DNA of 63,473 nt, counting the filler, from Octopus bimaculoides (lineage: Eukaryota), in NCBI RefSeq assembly GCF_001194135.2. It is 7 parts of 7 records of this genome, joined end to end, with 100 filler letters (N's around TTAATTAATTAA, not from the genome) between each part and the next. Parts side by side here need not be neighbours in the genome. Positions count along the whole stretch, not along the records: positions 1 to 16,037 come from NC_068984.1; 6 more parts are not named here. The stretch is one strand, 5' to 3'. A program made the position numbers and the translations under genes. The first letter of the stretch is position 1. Each line of letters begins with the position of its first letter. The notes below the pieces were generated by a model. The model searched no databases, was not told the origin of the DNA, and saw only the letters and a program-made list of their open reading frames with translations. Below, piece by piece: positions 1 to 14,810 of the stretch.

Positions 1-1000
1 AAAGCAACAGATTGACATCGAAACTCTCTGAAATGTTCATATTGCTTTTGGAGCTTACGGCGTGAAAGCCAAGGAGTACAGCATATCATTTCGAAATTTC
101 TGGCAGAGTGAATTGCGTCATCGTATTGTTTTCCTCACAGACCGTACCCAACTGACGATACTATACTGTGTAGTCGACAAAATCAAAAATAAACAACGCG
201 TATGCGCGAAATTAACAATATAAAATAGTAACAATTTACCCATCGCACCATATATATACATATGTGTGTGTATATATATATATATATATTAACATACTCA
301 TACAGACACGCATATTCACACACACACAAATATATATGGATACATTGAAAGCGAGACACGATGGGCATCCACCCATACATGATTTTATATTTACTTACAT
401 GTCTGCATGCATGTAGATATGTGTGTGTGTATGTCTGTGTATGTGTGTGTATGTTTGTGTGTGTGTGTACGTGTGTGTGTGTACGTTGGTGCGTGCGTTT
501 CTCGCGAACAATGTTCACCAATTTTGATCTTTTGTTCAAAATTACATCCATGCATATTTTTTGATGACTTCCCAAATTTCAACAAGCTAAAATAAATTAT
601 ATGCGAATAATAAATGCTATACAGCTTGAAAGATGGTTATATATAACAATAAAAATATTAAAAAAAAAAGATATTTAAGTTCTCACTTTTGAAACTGCAT
701 TTATAGCAACGACTTTTTTTTACGTATAGTACTAAAAATCGGTAAAATATTACGTGTTTTTGCATTTCAAAAGTGAAATATATAACGTGATTTTGTATGA
801 ACAGATGAAGGTTTTGCTAACGGTTGTTGGAAACTCTTCAGTTGATATCACGATGAGTAATTCTATTTTGATGTACATATGAATATTCTTACAATACAGG
901 TTTAAAGTATCACGTTTCTTTCCATTTAAACATCTTGTAAAACTCAGAATAGCCTTTCTAGAAACTTCAGTTTCTAATAATTTTATCAACACCACTTGTA

Positions 1001-1140
1001 GGCGTAGGAGTGGGTGTGTGGTAAGTAGCTTGCTTACCAACCACATGGTTCCGGGTTCAGTCCCACTGCCTGGCAGCCTTGGGCCCACCAATGCCTTGTG
1101 AGTGGACTTGGTAGACGGAAACTGAAAGAAGCCCGTCGTA
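1001..1140 (+). mobile_element. SINE family A, 5' tRNA-like head
   Basis: GGCGTAGGAGTGGGTGTGTGGTAAG...GGTTCAGTCCC (A/B-box-like) followed by a CORE-like CCTTGGGC motif. Related copies occur throughout the window. Confidence 0.8.
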
Positions 1141-1148
1141 TATATGTA

Positions 1149-1353
1149 TACTAGCAGAGGCACCCGGCGTTGCTCGGGAATGAAATTGTTGCTTATTGGT
1201 ACTTGGAAACTTTTACGAAAATTAAAATGGGGATTAAATGAAACAAATGATTTACGTGAATATCCTCACAAGAGTAATTGAAATAAATGGCGATTGTGGA
1301 ACCCCCCACGCACGCACGCACGCGCACAGTATTACACATCAGATGAAATGGAC

Positions 1354-1400
<47 letters not shown>

Positions 1401-1985
1401 TTGTTGTCATGTATACGTACATGCATAAATATGCATACATCTTTGTGTATGAATGTGTGTGTGCGTCTGTATGAGAGAGAGAGAGAGTAAATACTACATA
1501 CACACCGCTCTCTCACTCTGTCTCTCTCACTCACACACGCACTCATACATCCAAAAATGATGGATGCATATGACAACACACCCCTTGACTCACTCACACT
1601 GTCTCTTACAAACACACACATACATAAATGTATAAAAACATAATTACAAAGACACACGTGTGTATGCGTGCGCGCGTGCTACGTCAATACCAGAAGTTGA
1701 CATTGCATCACAAGTATGTAAGCATTTGAGAGAAAAACGTCAAGATAGAGAGTGAAGCTTTTTGCCGTTGATACGTCAATACCGGGAGTTGACATTGAGA
1801 AACATTTTTAAAGAAGTGAATCATAAATATAAAGCAATATTATTTATTTTTAATTAAAAAAATCAAATGAAGAGCCTAACATTTATCCGAGGTCAAATTA
1901 TTCATGCATCACAAGTATGGAAGCATTTGGTGAAATCGATTTCACGTGAAAAACGAATATACAGACATCTCTATTTTATATATTA

Positions 1986-1990
<5 letters not shown>
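1149..1990 (+). mobile_element. Possible non-autonomous Helitron/Helentron-type element with internal microsatellites
   Basis: Starts TACTAGCAGAGGCACCCGGCGTTGCTCGGG (short CCCG/CGGG hairpin) and ends CTCTATTTTATATATTAG. This resembles HINE/Lep1-type termini; pattern recognition only. Confidence 0.4.
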
Positions 1991-2052
<62 letters not shown>

Positions 2053-2090
2053 TATGTATATATGTATGTATGTATGTGTATGTTTGTGTG

Positions 2091-2281
2091 TCTGTGTTTG
2101 CCCCATCCCAACATCGCTTGACAACCGATGGTGGTGTGTTTACGTCCTCGTAACTTATTCTATCGGCTTATTTTGCCGAACCGCTAAGTACTAGGCTTAC
2201 AAGGAATAAGTCCTGGGGTCGATTTGCTCGACTAAAGGTGATGCTTCAGCATGGGCACAGTCAAATGACTGAAACAAGTAA
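2091..2281 (+). mobile_element. SINE family A, 3' part
   Basis: CATCGCTTGACAACCGATG...GGGGTCGATTTGCTCGACTAAAGG...GACTGAAAC, shared with 36920-37100 and 49880-50045. Confidence 0.8.
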
Positions 2282-4309
2282 CGACTTTCGTATATTTTTA
2301 TGTAAGTGCAATAAATAATATTGGAAGGTATAGTAAAATACACAGCTTCTGAAATTTCTTTTGCTAATGAAATATGAAGCTGGCGTGAGGCAAAATCGTT
2401 TTAAAAAGTATTAATATCAAATATGCTTCACAAGTCATCTAGAATGAAATGAATTCTATTTTTTTTTTTTTATCACAAGTGACATTGTATAAAATGTGAC
2501 GTGGAATAAATATAAGAGTTTGAATATCTTTCTCTAGAAAAATATGTATTTCTATAAAAGTTCAGTAGGTTCCGGCATCATCCAGATCATTTTTGAATGT
2601 TCTTATTGCTTGATTATGATCTATTTTTAAATTAGATATTTTGTTTGAGAGCATTTCAAATGGGTTCATAATGAACGTCCTTACCATGGACTTTATATTT
2701 TACAAAGGAGAAATAAATAAGATGTGTTAAGAGAGGGAAAGACAGAGGAATTTCTGCCTCTCAGAATCAGGTAAGAATATTTAAGCTTGTTCTAAAAATT
2801 ACAATTCCAAATGAATAATACTAGTGCCATTAATTTTTATTTTAGTCAGAAACTTATATTCTTCCTTTCTTGAAAATCACGTTAGTATAATTAAGATACA
2901 CTACCATTAAATATTCAGATTAAAGATATGTGTTAATATAACCGGAACCAAAGATAGCGTTTCACTTGATAAATAGAACGAAACTGTTATGTAACTATTG
3001 ACATAGAAACCGTATAGAAATGTGGAGGGGTGAAATAAACACTTCTGATACTTGCTCGAGAAAACAGCTGAAACTAACATTTATATAGAAATAATAGACG
3101 CTCAGTAAGAGACAGAGTTAAATATACATAAACCTTTTCGATAAAGGGCCAAAGCAGTATACCTATATGCATGCTTCTATGGCTATTAACACGTATAATT
3201 ATACTTACTTTCACAAAGAAGTCTGCGAAGTTAACTTCGAAATAAGAGTTTGGTATTTTACATGCAGAAAATTTAACCCATCGAATTAAACAGTTGGAAT
3301 TTTCAAGGAAGAAAATCCAAGTAGCAGATATCTACGTATTCAAATATTTACCGTCAAATATGTAGGGCATCTAATTTTCATAATGTTATATTGTCGATGA
3401 TCTATGGGTGTTTGGCTACAAAATAGAGTGGGTTATTATATATGAGCAAGCATCCAGATATATTTTCGGTAGATTAATATATAGCTATCTTGAACCGTCC
3501 ATGAATAAACTTTGTCATTAGTATTCTTCCGTTACTGCCTTCGTCAGGCTAACAGGAAGAAGGTAATCAATCCTAATTAATTATTTATTTACAATGAAAG
3601 TAATCGGTTCAATCCTCATTCTAAGCTACTTAAAACGTTCTAATTTATTAGTGAGAAATATTATATTCATACGACTTGTATGTGTATGCATGCAATTTCA
3701 TGTGAATTTCAATGCCTTTGTTTTAGGTTGTTTGTATATGTTATATAGTTCAAGCCAATTCGAGTTTGCATCCAACAAATTCTTAGACATAGCGAAAAGG
3801 AAACAGAGCGGTATCCACACCAGCTGCCAGAGAATTGCGAAGGTACAGCCTATGCTGCAACTACTTTATTAGTTATTAAGACGAGAACTACTGTAGTGGT
3901 GATATTTCATTTCATCATGGTATATGCATGATGCACCATTAACATGAACACCATTAACATAAACGACCACCATAAATACCGCTTTTGGAAAGTCCATTGT
4001 TTGCGTGAGGTTCTGAAAGATTCCTGGGCATGAAATTGTTTACAGAAAATGAAGCATACACAAAGCAGCAATCATCTTTTGATATATTACAGTATTTCTC
4101 TTGCTGGTTTAATATTGGATAGGATGACCAGAAACTTAAAATCGCCAGGCTTTATATTAGATAATTTTCTAAATAGTTGTTTTGAATAGAAAAGGACTTC
4201 ATCACCATCATCGTGGTCTTAGAGCACATTTTCTTGCCATTCCAAACGTATGGTGCTTTCCGGAAGTTTTGAGAGTTTTTTCAGGAGAGCCTTATATTAA
4301 TTTCAAAGA

Positions 4310-4790
4310 GACACACACTCTAATCTCCTTTAAAGAAGGATCCTGACTCCAATGCACTTGATGCAGTGCTCCTGCCATTTTGTGAGGGCTTCATAGAAGT
4401 CCCCCAAAGAGAAGGTTTTCAGAACCCTTCTCACAATCTCCTACACCTTCAACTTGAGATACTAAAAGTCACAGGAAGCAAGGTTTGGACTGCAGGGAAG
4501 GTGAGGGACAGTTTTGATGTTCATCACTGTTAAGTATTTGGTTACCAGGATGAAATTATGGACTAGTGCAGTATCCTGGTGCCGGTACCACTGGCCCAAG
4601 TGGATGAGCTGTGGTCTATTGTGATGAAATCCTTATCAAAAGCTCCAGAATGCACTATTTGCTGATAGTCTCACCAGAGGGAGTCCATTGGATGTAGATA
4701 ATGCCCTTGCTATTGAAAAAGTGGATCAACATGAGATGTGCAGTAGATGGCCTTGTTTGGCCTCTTATGTTAGCGAAAACAGATGTTCAG
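4310..4790 (-). mobile_element. Decayed mariner (DD34D-type) transposase C-terminal fragment
   Basis: Minus-strand translation with stops and frameshifts: ...HQDTALVH...TVPHLPCSPNLASCDF...KWQEHCIKCIG. Confidence 0.75.
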
Positions 4791-6751
4791 CTTATACAAG
4801 TTAAATAAAATTTTACTGTATACATGAGTTTTCAAATTGTTTTCATATCTTGACTGCATTCTGAAAGTTAGTCAGCTGTGACAAGCAGTATTTAGTAGGA
4901 TGTGTTCAAAGTCTTGTAATAGCTGTCTCCTTCAATGTGGAATAATAAACGTTAGCAAGTCAGTTTATTAGATGTATAGTAATTATACACTGAAATTACA
5001 ATAATCTAGGACAGATAACAGCCTGTTCTAAAGAAGTCTCAAAACTTCTGGAATGCATTACGTATTTCTAAGTCCCAGTCATTATTTCTAGATAATCATT
5101 GATCCTATTCTGAGTTCATCCGCTGTTTGACAGGTTAATGCTTTTATGCTGCTAGGTTTTCTAGCAGCCTTCCTAACCAGCAGAACCGGGTTGTTTACGC
5201 TGGCTAATTCACGCATGACATCTCCATATATGAACTTCTTCCGGATTACGTATTATCAGTAGCACAAAGCACAACAGACACACATGCGTGCATGGAAACA
5301 CCCCCCCCCCCACACACACACACATTAGATGTTTATATTAGTTTGTCTACATATCTATATTAGAATTATTTATTACAAAATTAAATTTGGAAAATTGTAA
5401 GGTTTATACATGTCATCTACGCTACAATAGAATTTCCATGTAAATCTAATGTTCAGAATAACACAAACGTATATCGTGCGTTGTATGAAGTTGTAACGCC
5501 CTATCTGATATACAATAACTGGAGATTTGGTAAATATACTGCCGCACTTAGATGAGGCATCTTGGTAATTATTAAAGTAGTTGTCTTTTACTAACTTGCA
5601 TAAACTATCGATTTTACATCCATACTATGGTAATGAAAATCTTTCTTGTAACTTTAATTCTTTAAATTGAATCAGTTAGGTTGTTTTAAAGTTTTGATAA
5701 CCATTTAAAACACTCATTCTTAGCTTTGCATTCGCGTTTGATTTCTATTGTAATATATTTCGTTATACGTCTAGAGAAACCTAACCACTGACGCTAGATT
5801 ATAAAGATGTCTTTCTTTAAAGGCTATCATGACACTACGAGGATGCAATTGCTTTAGCTTCAACACATTCACATTCAACGTATGAACTCAGATCAAATAA
5901 GTTGTCAAAAGAAGTAAAAAAAATTCAATTCCGCAATTAAAGGATGTAGTTTTATTTTTATATGTGATTGTTTGATTTTATTTAAAACAAATTCTTTTAT
6001 TTATTCTTTTACCATTCTTAGGATACAGCTACGTAGTAGGTGTGACATTAATGTTACATAGGAAAGAGAGAGCGATGTTAAAGTTTCTCAAAACGAACGT
6101 GTATGCGGCAGTTTACATCTGATTAAGACTGATAGGAGTTACTGCGTTGGAAATCCAATACTATTTCATTCACACATATATACATACTTATACACAGGAA
6201 CGCGTTTACGCATAAACATACACTCAACATATGCTGCATTGCATCTCATCCCTTAGGGCATTAAAGAAAAACTGGCATTAAATCCCTGACGTCGAGTTAA
6301 CCACCTGTATTTCCTCTCTTCGTATTCAGTAATTTTAGTTTTCCGCTTGAATACTACCAAGATCGTTAGTAAGCTAGAATTTCCGTTTAATTAATTCCAC
6401 GTAAATAAGCAGGTTTGTAGCGACGGCAAAATTTAAGAGATAATAACTACATTGCAAAGGAAATTTCTGCGTGGATATATATGTATGTACATATCGTTTT
6501 AGGCAGGAAATATTCGATGGCTGTTTGTACGTAGCTGTGTGCATTTATGTATAGATACATACATGCATGCATACATACATAAAGAAATCCATCGCACACG
6601 CTCATACATAAACACATGGACACAACATACAAATGTATATATACAAGTATATATGTTCAAGCATACATACATATATACATATATGCAGGCATGTTTACAC
6701 ACGCACACACACACGCACACTCATACACACATATGTATATGTATATGTACA

Positions 6752-6782
<31 letters not shown>

Positions 6783-6812
6783 NNNNNNNNNNNNNNNNNN
6801 NATATATGTATG

Positions 6813-6845
<33 letters not shown>

Positions 6846-9800
6846 ATATATATTTATATAAAAGCGTATATTAAGTATGAAGGAGACAATTGCTTGACAA
6901 AATATATTTCCCGGTTACTAGTAAATATATTAATAAGATATCTCTTGAAATTTGCTAGAAGATAAAATAAAAATACTGAATATCAAAACTAAAAAAAAAA
7001 CAAACAACCTTTCAAGCAAAGGTTTCATCAAGGAAGTAGAGGGCTGAAATCGCAAATGAACACTTTCTTGCACAAGTAGTCGAAAGTCGTAGTTCTACCT
7101 GATGAAATTTACATCTAGATAAAGTAGCCAGCCATCTTTGTATTCACACCCCACCATCTTTAATAGCTTTGATAAAGGAAAGACACTGTAGTTAATGTAG
7201 TTCTGATTATTGATGCAACATAGAAGTGTTGCCTCTCATCCGGGATCAGTCCACTGCGTGGTACCTTGGGCACATGTTATCTAGAACAGATTTTTATTTA
7301 AAATGAGATCGCATACTGATTAACAAATGCTTAGAACTCCATCTAAATCCATATATTTCCAAATTCAAATTAAGTACTCCGATACTTTTGTATTATATAC
7401 ACTTGAATATTTTTATATTATGTATATCTGGAAGCAGAGTAAAACAGAAAATTTACTTTACCTTTTATTATAACATTTTAAAGTACATAATTTTTACATA
7501 TGTCATTTCTTGCTAGGGTTGGCTACAGACAGGTAGTGAAGCAATGAATAAATGGACAGCGTTTCCTTTCGTTGTTTGAGCAGTGGATGTGAACAATATT
7601 CGATGAGAATGCAAGAACTTCACTCTATCTTAAAATTTTTCCATACCAACTCCGTCATTATTACCCCTTCATACTATTACACCTATAAGTCATTTACTGA
7701 GGAGGAGACGAGCTTATATGTAGCCATTTAGTATATAAGTGAAGGACTGCACCACGCCACCTTATCTTTTCAAGGTTTCAGAGACTGTTAGCAGGAAAGG
7801 TGGCCTTTACGCTGAAACTTATGGTTTGACCCGAAAAATTGCAAATACAAATATATTCTGTCAAATAACTTAGAGACCAGGTGGTGTTGTTGAACCTAAC
7901 GACAGGTTCACACCTGTCTGATTCTAAGTGTCACAATGAATAATGCAAAACAGGCTGATGCGAACGTAATCGGAACAAATGCTGCAATGTATTTTGACAT
8001 ACGCTCTAACGAATCTACCAATTCTCGTATCTTAATTTGCTCACACAGAACAACACACGCTTATAAGCACACACATACCTGATAGATTTGCTCAGTCAGA
8101 GTTGAGTTGGTGCTAATCGACAAATATTGGTTTTCAAAATATACCTCCGAGGATTTATCCTTAATTTACGCCCATCAATTAAATTGCGTAATACATTTAA
8201 ACTCTGCCAAGGTTGACATTACCTTTCATCCTTCCAGAATCGATAAAATAAGTATCAATCAACTGTTGATGTCAATATAATTGACTGTTACCATCCCATT
8301 TAATCCTGGCTTTGTGCCTATATTAGTAAATCTTAGTGTAATTATGTTTTCGACGGTTTCGTATACGTTTCAGCTACACCATCATCTCACTAATTGTGCA
8401 TGCCAAGCGTTGGTTTTGGGAGAAGTGGGGTCGGTAGTGATAGTGTATTGTTTGTTTAGTGTATCTGTTTTGCTTTGCTTAGGGCTATGTTCTGTTGACT
8501 TATGTTTTATTTTAATATTTCTTCTGCTATGAGGAAATATGTACTATGTGAGTAGTCTTATGGTTTAGAAGATCACCTTGGTATCATGTTGTCCCGGCTT
8601 CAATCTCTGAGCCTGGCATCTTTAAAAAGGGCTTTCATCTATAGTCTCGGATCAAACCATACGTTGGATGAAACGAGGTGGACCGAAACTGAATAGAAGC
8701 CCATCAGATATATTGTATCTGTAATTTTAAGGTACTATACTATACTGTAATAACGCTTCATCTGCAGAGAATTACGTTAAGGGTATAAATGCTTATATAA
8801 TGCTCGGTCACTTACATGCAGGTAAGTCGTGTGATTGAACGACTTAACTCTCATTGTCGAATGTCGGAGAGCCATCAATACCAATTGCTAAAGATGCGTC
8901 GGATCTGTTATTTTGTTGGTTTTATTATTTGGAAGTGATTGTGTAGAGTATGTGCTGTGTATGGTGCTAAATATTTGCATGGCTATGTTGTGGGAGGTGA
9001 AACATGAAGGTAAGGTGATGATTGAGTAGAATATGTGTTGTGTTTTGTATAGAGGGCATTAGAGATCATGCTATTGAAAAGTGTCATATATAGGACCAAC
9101 GTTGTAGCAGCGCCATTTTTAAACATCATTAGTAGTTGTAGAGCCAGATATTTCATATTTGTTAATGTTCCAATGTTCCAATTTCCATTGGTACAGTTTC
9201 TATTTCTTATTTCCACATCTTACTAACTACAATCTCAAGTTACTCCTACGGCGATGGTTTCTCAGTAGTCTTTTCGACAATGTTTTGGATAGTATAGCTT
9301 AATAATGCTCTTATTTCCCAACTAATTACTGTGATTTCAAAAAAGACATTGGAAGAAATCTAGCGTCAGTTCATTGGAATTGTTTCAAATATAGGTCAGC
9401 TTTTTATTGTTATTTTTTCGCACAAGCTTGACGACAAGAAACACCCACCCAAACAAAAACTTTCACAGCTGCACAGAAAACACTTTCTGAAACACAAAAT
9501 TTATATTGCGAAGCCAATTTTCGACATTTTGCAATAGAAAATATTTCTGTGATTTTTTCCTTTTGATATGAATTAGAGCTATTTTATGACTCTCGTTACA
9601 TTATCAACAAATGCAACGGCAAAATTATACAGCTTTTCACACGTAACATAACAAAAGTGCGGAGGAATAACATTCTACATATAAAGTCTAGTAAGAGAAA
9701 AAAATACCTGAATACTGTGTTCTGCTCCAGAATTTCATCCAATTGTCGACATAACTCTGCTGCACGAAGAATGGAGCTGTTTTGTATGCCTTCTAATAAC

Positions 9801-11395
9801 GAACAGGAGGAAGCTTTGGTCGACATGCAGGATGGTTTGTTGTCACTCAAATGAGGTGAGGTATATTGTAATGTCGGCCTGCTCTTGGGCACTGTGACCG
9901 AGGCAAAACAGCAAATGGAGATAGTGGGAAGCTATATTGCTTGTAAGTATAGACTGTAGTATATAGGTTACACTAAGAGTTATTAAGAATGACAATGAAT
10001 ACCGTCTATCTCGTTGTCACCTTTGTTGAGCAATATAGGAGTAGATTGAGGACAAGGAACAATGATAACAAGGTCATTGTTACATCACGGTCACAGGAAC
10101 TGGAACAATAGGATTGGTGATATAGAGTAAAAAAGGTAGCACGTTACATGTGTTACGACAAAAGTTAATTCAGTGTCGTCTGTCATGTATTACTGGACAG
10201 GCAAAAAAAGCGAGATTGACTAACTACAAGAACAGTCCCAGAGGCTGGTGCTTCAATGACTCAATCACTCAACGCATCCGAAATTGTGGTGAGTATCGCC
10301 TCGGCCTCTGTTCCAGAAATGGAAGCCCCTCGTTGTACTTAAATGGTACTTATATCAGTATAAGTTAAGTAATAAGTTTGTTGTGATTGCCTACAACACT
10401 CTTCCAAAATGAGTTGTTTTTTGTTTATGCCTAAAAAATTTATTACCGTGGTCTTTGGAACAATATTATAGAGAAAAAGAAAATCACTTGCCGTATTTCC
10501 TTGCGGCTCCTTAATGTTTAGTTCAAATTTAGTCGGTTCTGATTTTTTCCATTTTGTTCCTCTAAGGTATATCAAACTCTATTAGTCAAGCAATGGGATA
10601 AATTCAATCCATTCAGTAATATAACTGGTAGACTGTATGACTGGTGGAAAGAATTATTTGTATTTAAAGCGTAGATAAAAATGGCAGATACTATACAGTG
10701 CCGGGGAAAACCTACACCTATTCAGTATCTCGTTCAGCAACGTTACGTGTTCAAACCCCAATAGGATTGGCCTTGTTTTTCACTTCCTGCGGTCGAATAT
10801 ACGTGCACCCGTTATTTACTGGTAAGGATTCGGTCGATTGCACCAGTTTATAGCTAAATTTATATCCTTGAGTCAATGTAAGAAAACCTATTTATTATTA
10901 TAAGTAGTGTTATTAGAAGTTAATATTTTTATTATTGCAATTGATGCGGCATGCATCGTTATTGCAATGCCTTCACTCAAAATAATTTGTGTGTTTGTGC
11001 AGTTTAGGAACGAATTGTCCTCTTAAGAGATATTTATTCGCTATTTCAGAGTCCTTTTTGTCATTAATGGCCCATTAAGTGGATGAAGCACTCTGTTATG
11101 TAATTCAGAAAATACTAATTTGGTTTTCTGAAAGCCATTTGTAACTGATTATTCCAGGGAATACCATTCTTTGTATTATGATAATGGAATTTGTATTTCG
11201 TCAATAGACATCGCGTTTTTTAAAACCTGTAACCTATACCGATTTATATTCACAGTGCCAGGAGTAATCCATAAGCGATTGGTAAAAAAAAAGCTATATA
11301 TTCCATTGAAAATTCCACCATAAATATGATAGATTTATGGATACGTTTTCAATAAAATCAGTTTTATATATCCATATATACATATGTGTGCGCAT

Positions 11396-11434
<39 letters not shown>

Positions 11435-11768
11435 CGTGTGAGTGCGTGTTTGTGTGTGTGTGTGTGTTTATGTCGGTATATATATATATATATATATATA
11501 TNNNNNNNNNNNNNNNNNNNNNNNNNNNNNNNNNNNNNNNNNNNNNNNNNNNNNNNNNNNNNNNNNNNNNNNNNNNNNNNNNNNNNNNNNNNNNNNNNNN
11601 NNNNNNNNNNNNNNNNNNNNNNNNNNNNNNNNNNNNNNNNNNNNNNNNNNNNNNNNNNNNNNNNNNNNNNNNNNNNNNNNNNNNNNNNNNNNNNNNNNNN
11701 NNNNNNNNNNNNNNNNNNNNNNNNNNNNNNNNNNNNNNNNNNNNNNNNNNNNNNNNNNNNNNNNNNNT

Positions 11769-12140
11769 CTAGGCAAAAGGCCCAACATTTTTGAGGAGGG
11801 AGCCGAAAGGATAAAAGACAAACTCGACCTCGGCGGAAATTGAACTCAGATCGTATAGACAGACGAAAGACCCGTAAGCATTTCGCCCGGCGTGCTAACG
11901 TTTCTTATTTCTTTATTTCCCACAAGGGGCTAACATAGAGGGGACAAACAAGGACAGACAAAGAAAGGGATTAAGTCGATTACATCGACCCCAAAGCGTA
12001 CTGGTACTTAATTTATTGACCCTGAAAAGATAAAACGCAAAGTCGACTCGGCTGAATTTGAACTCAGAGCGTAACGATAGACGAAATACCGCTAAGCATT
12101 TCACCCGGCGTGCTAACGTTTCTACCAGTTCGCCGCCTTG
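11769..12140 (-). mobile_element. SINE family B, two adjacent copies
   Basis: Reverse complement of GGCGAGCTGGCAGAAACGTTAGCACGCCGGGCGAAATGC...GAGTTCAAATT...GGGGTCGAT. Confidence 0.85.
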
Positions 12141-13199
12141 CATGGCGAATAACTAAGATTATAATGGCCCTCAACAATATTTTGTGTCTTTGTTATTGTG
12201 TGGTGTATGCGTGTCTTTATACATGGGTGTGCGCACATTTGTGTGCGTGTGTATGCTGACTCCAACAACAGATTACGCTTTTTCAATCAGCCTAATTTTA
12301 TAGTAAAATAAACGCAGGGAGGGTTTGTACCGAGATAAAAAATTAAACAAAAGGAAAACTAACAATAAAATATTAGACATTGTCCAAATTACTCAACCAG
12401 CAGCTGAGGAGCGTGTGATTTCATAGAATATTAATTTTTCCTTTTAGCAAACATTTTATAAACCCCAGAGTGTTGAAACATAATGATGATCCTATCAGAA
12501 CCTGAACTCCGTACCTAGAAGGAAATAACAGGATTACAGCAAGGCATCATTCTGACAGTAACATTTCCAGCTCTCGATGAGAGTTTTGGTTTGTGTCTCT
12601 AAATATTGATTTCTAATAGTGGTACAAAGCAACACATTTTTATAGCGGAGTATAATCGATTTTATCGATTGAATTCTTCTATAAAGGAGGAGTGATTTGA
12701 CTGACTTTTCTTTTATCGACCATGGATGGATAAAAGGATAAGCCGACTTAGGTTGCATTTCAAACTCTGTTCGTTAAAAGATGAAACTAAATACAGCTAG
12801 GGATTTTCCCCAGCAATCTACTTTGTCACACTAAAATCCTTTAGGTTTCTCGAAGTATACGAATGTAAAATTTAGTAAAGGGATTCGTAAAGATGAGAAA
12901 TTTACATTGTGGTGATATATGAATATATAATAAAGTTGTACGTACTTATCTTTTGCCTGCTGTGTGTTCCGAAACGCTATTGTTTATTGCCAACAACGAG
13001 AGTAGAGAAAATCTAATTTATACTTGCAGCAGTCGAACATTTATCTTAACGAGATGAATATCCGTAGCTTAAAATATTCATATAGAAACAACTTTTATGT
13101 ATGTATGTATGTATGTATGCATGTATGTATGTATAGGTATTTACGTATGGTAGCACATATATTTGTGAATGTATTTATATATTCTTCTATTCTTTTATT

Positions 13200-13554
13200 T
13201 GTTTCAATCATGCTGGAGCACCGTCTTTACCCGAACAAATCGACCCCAGGACTTATTCTTTGTAAGCCCAGTACTTATTCTATCGGTCTCTTGCCGAACC
13301 GCTAAGTTACGGGAACGTAAACACACCAACATAAGTGGTCAAGTGATGGGGGAGGTGAAACATAGACGCACAAACACACACATACACATATACGACGGGC
13401 TTCTTTCAGTTTCCGCCTACCAAATCTACTCACAAGGCTTTGGTCGGCCCGAGGCTATAGTAGAAGACACTGGTCGAAGGTGCCACGCAGTGGGACTGAA
13501 CCCAGAACTATGTGGGTGGTAAACAGTCTACTTACTACACAGCCACGCATGCGC

Positions 13555-13557
<3 letters not shown>
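13200..13557 (-). mobile_element. SINE family A, full-length copy
   Basis: Reverse complement of both the head and the 3' part, joined by a CA/TA microsatellite. Confidence 0.85.
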
Positions 13558-13601
<44 letters not shown>

Positions 13602-14270
13602 GTATGTATGTATGCTTACATAGACTCGGCTACCAGCTATACACTTTCTAGTTCATTCATACTCATAAAATATACACTAAAAGTGTGAATACAAAATATA
13701 CTCAACACGTAAGCACAGTAAGAATTCTTTTACAAATCGTGACAAGGCAGAGTTCTTTTAAATAGAGATCTAAAATAGACTTTCTATTTCAATTATACAG
13801 GAAAAGTGATTCTATATTTTGAGTATTGAATACAAACGTAAACTCGACAATTTTAGAACAAGACATACTAAGAGCTGTGTGTGTGGACTGGATAAGAGTA
13901 ATACGCCGTCGACAATATGTGAAAATGTGGATGAAGTAAAGATTCCTCCAAGAATTTGCAATAAATTCATTCATCTGGAAGAAAATACATTATAAAACTT
14001 TCATGAACTTCGGGATTCAAGAGAGTTTCGGAAGATTAGTAACATTGCCTACGAAATTTGTATGTACTTTTATCATCTACTACTTACAATTCCTTCCGAA
14101 AGACATTGTAAATCGGATACGGAATTGCGAGGAATAACATTTATCGATGCATAACAAATGGCACCTTTAAATAATTAATCGATTTACAAAAGAAGTACAC
14201 TGAATCATCACACTAAATCATTATGTATGTATGTATGTATGTATGCATCCATGTATGTACATATGTATAT

Positions 14271-14311
<41 letters not shown>

Positions 14312-14720
14312 NNNNNNNNNNNNNNNNNNNNNNNNNNNNNNNNNNNNNNNNNNNNNNNNNNNNNNNNNNNNNNNNNNNNNNNNNNNNNNNNNNNNNNNNN
14401 NNNNNNNNNNNNNNNNNNNNNNNNNNNNNNNNNNNNNNNNNNNNNNNNNNNNNNNNNNNNNNNNNNNNNNNNNNNNNNNNNNNNNNNNNNNNNNNNNNNN
14501 NNNNNNNNNNNNNNNNNNNNNNNNNNNNNNNNNNNNNNNNNNNNNNNNNNNNNNNNNNNNNNNNNNNNNNNNNNNNNNNNNNNNNNNNNNNNNNNNNNNN
14601 NNNNNNNNNNNNNNNNNNNNNNNNNNNNNNNNNNNNNNNNNNNNNNNNNNNNNNNNNNNNNNNNNNNNNNNNNNNNNNNNNNNNNNNNNNNNNNNNNNNN
14701 NNNNNNNNNNNNNNNNNNNN

Positions 14721-14756
<36 letters not shown>

Positions 14757-14810
14757 CAGAATGAAATAAAAGTCCAGGGCTGTGAAAGTTTTCAGAACAT
14801 TCGTAAATTG

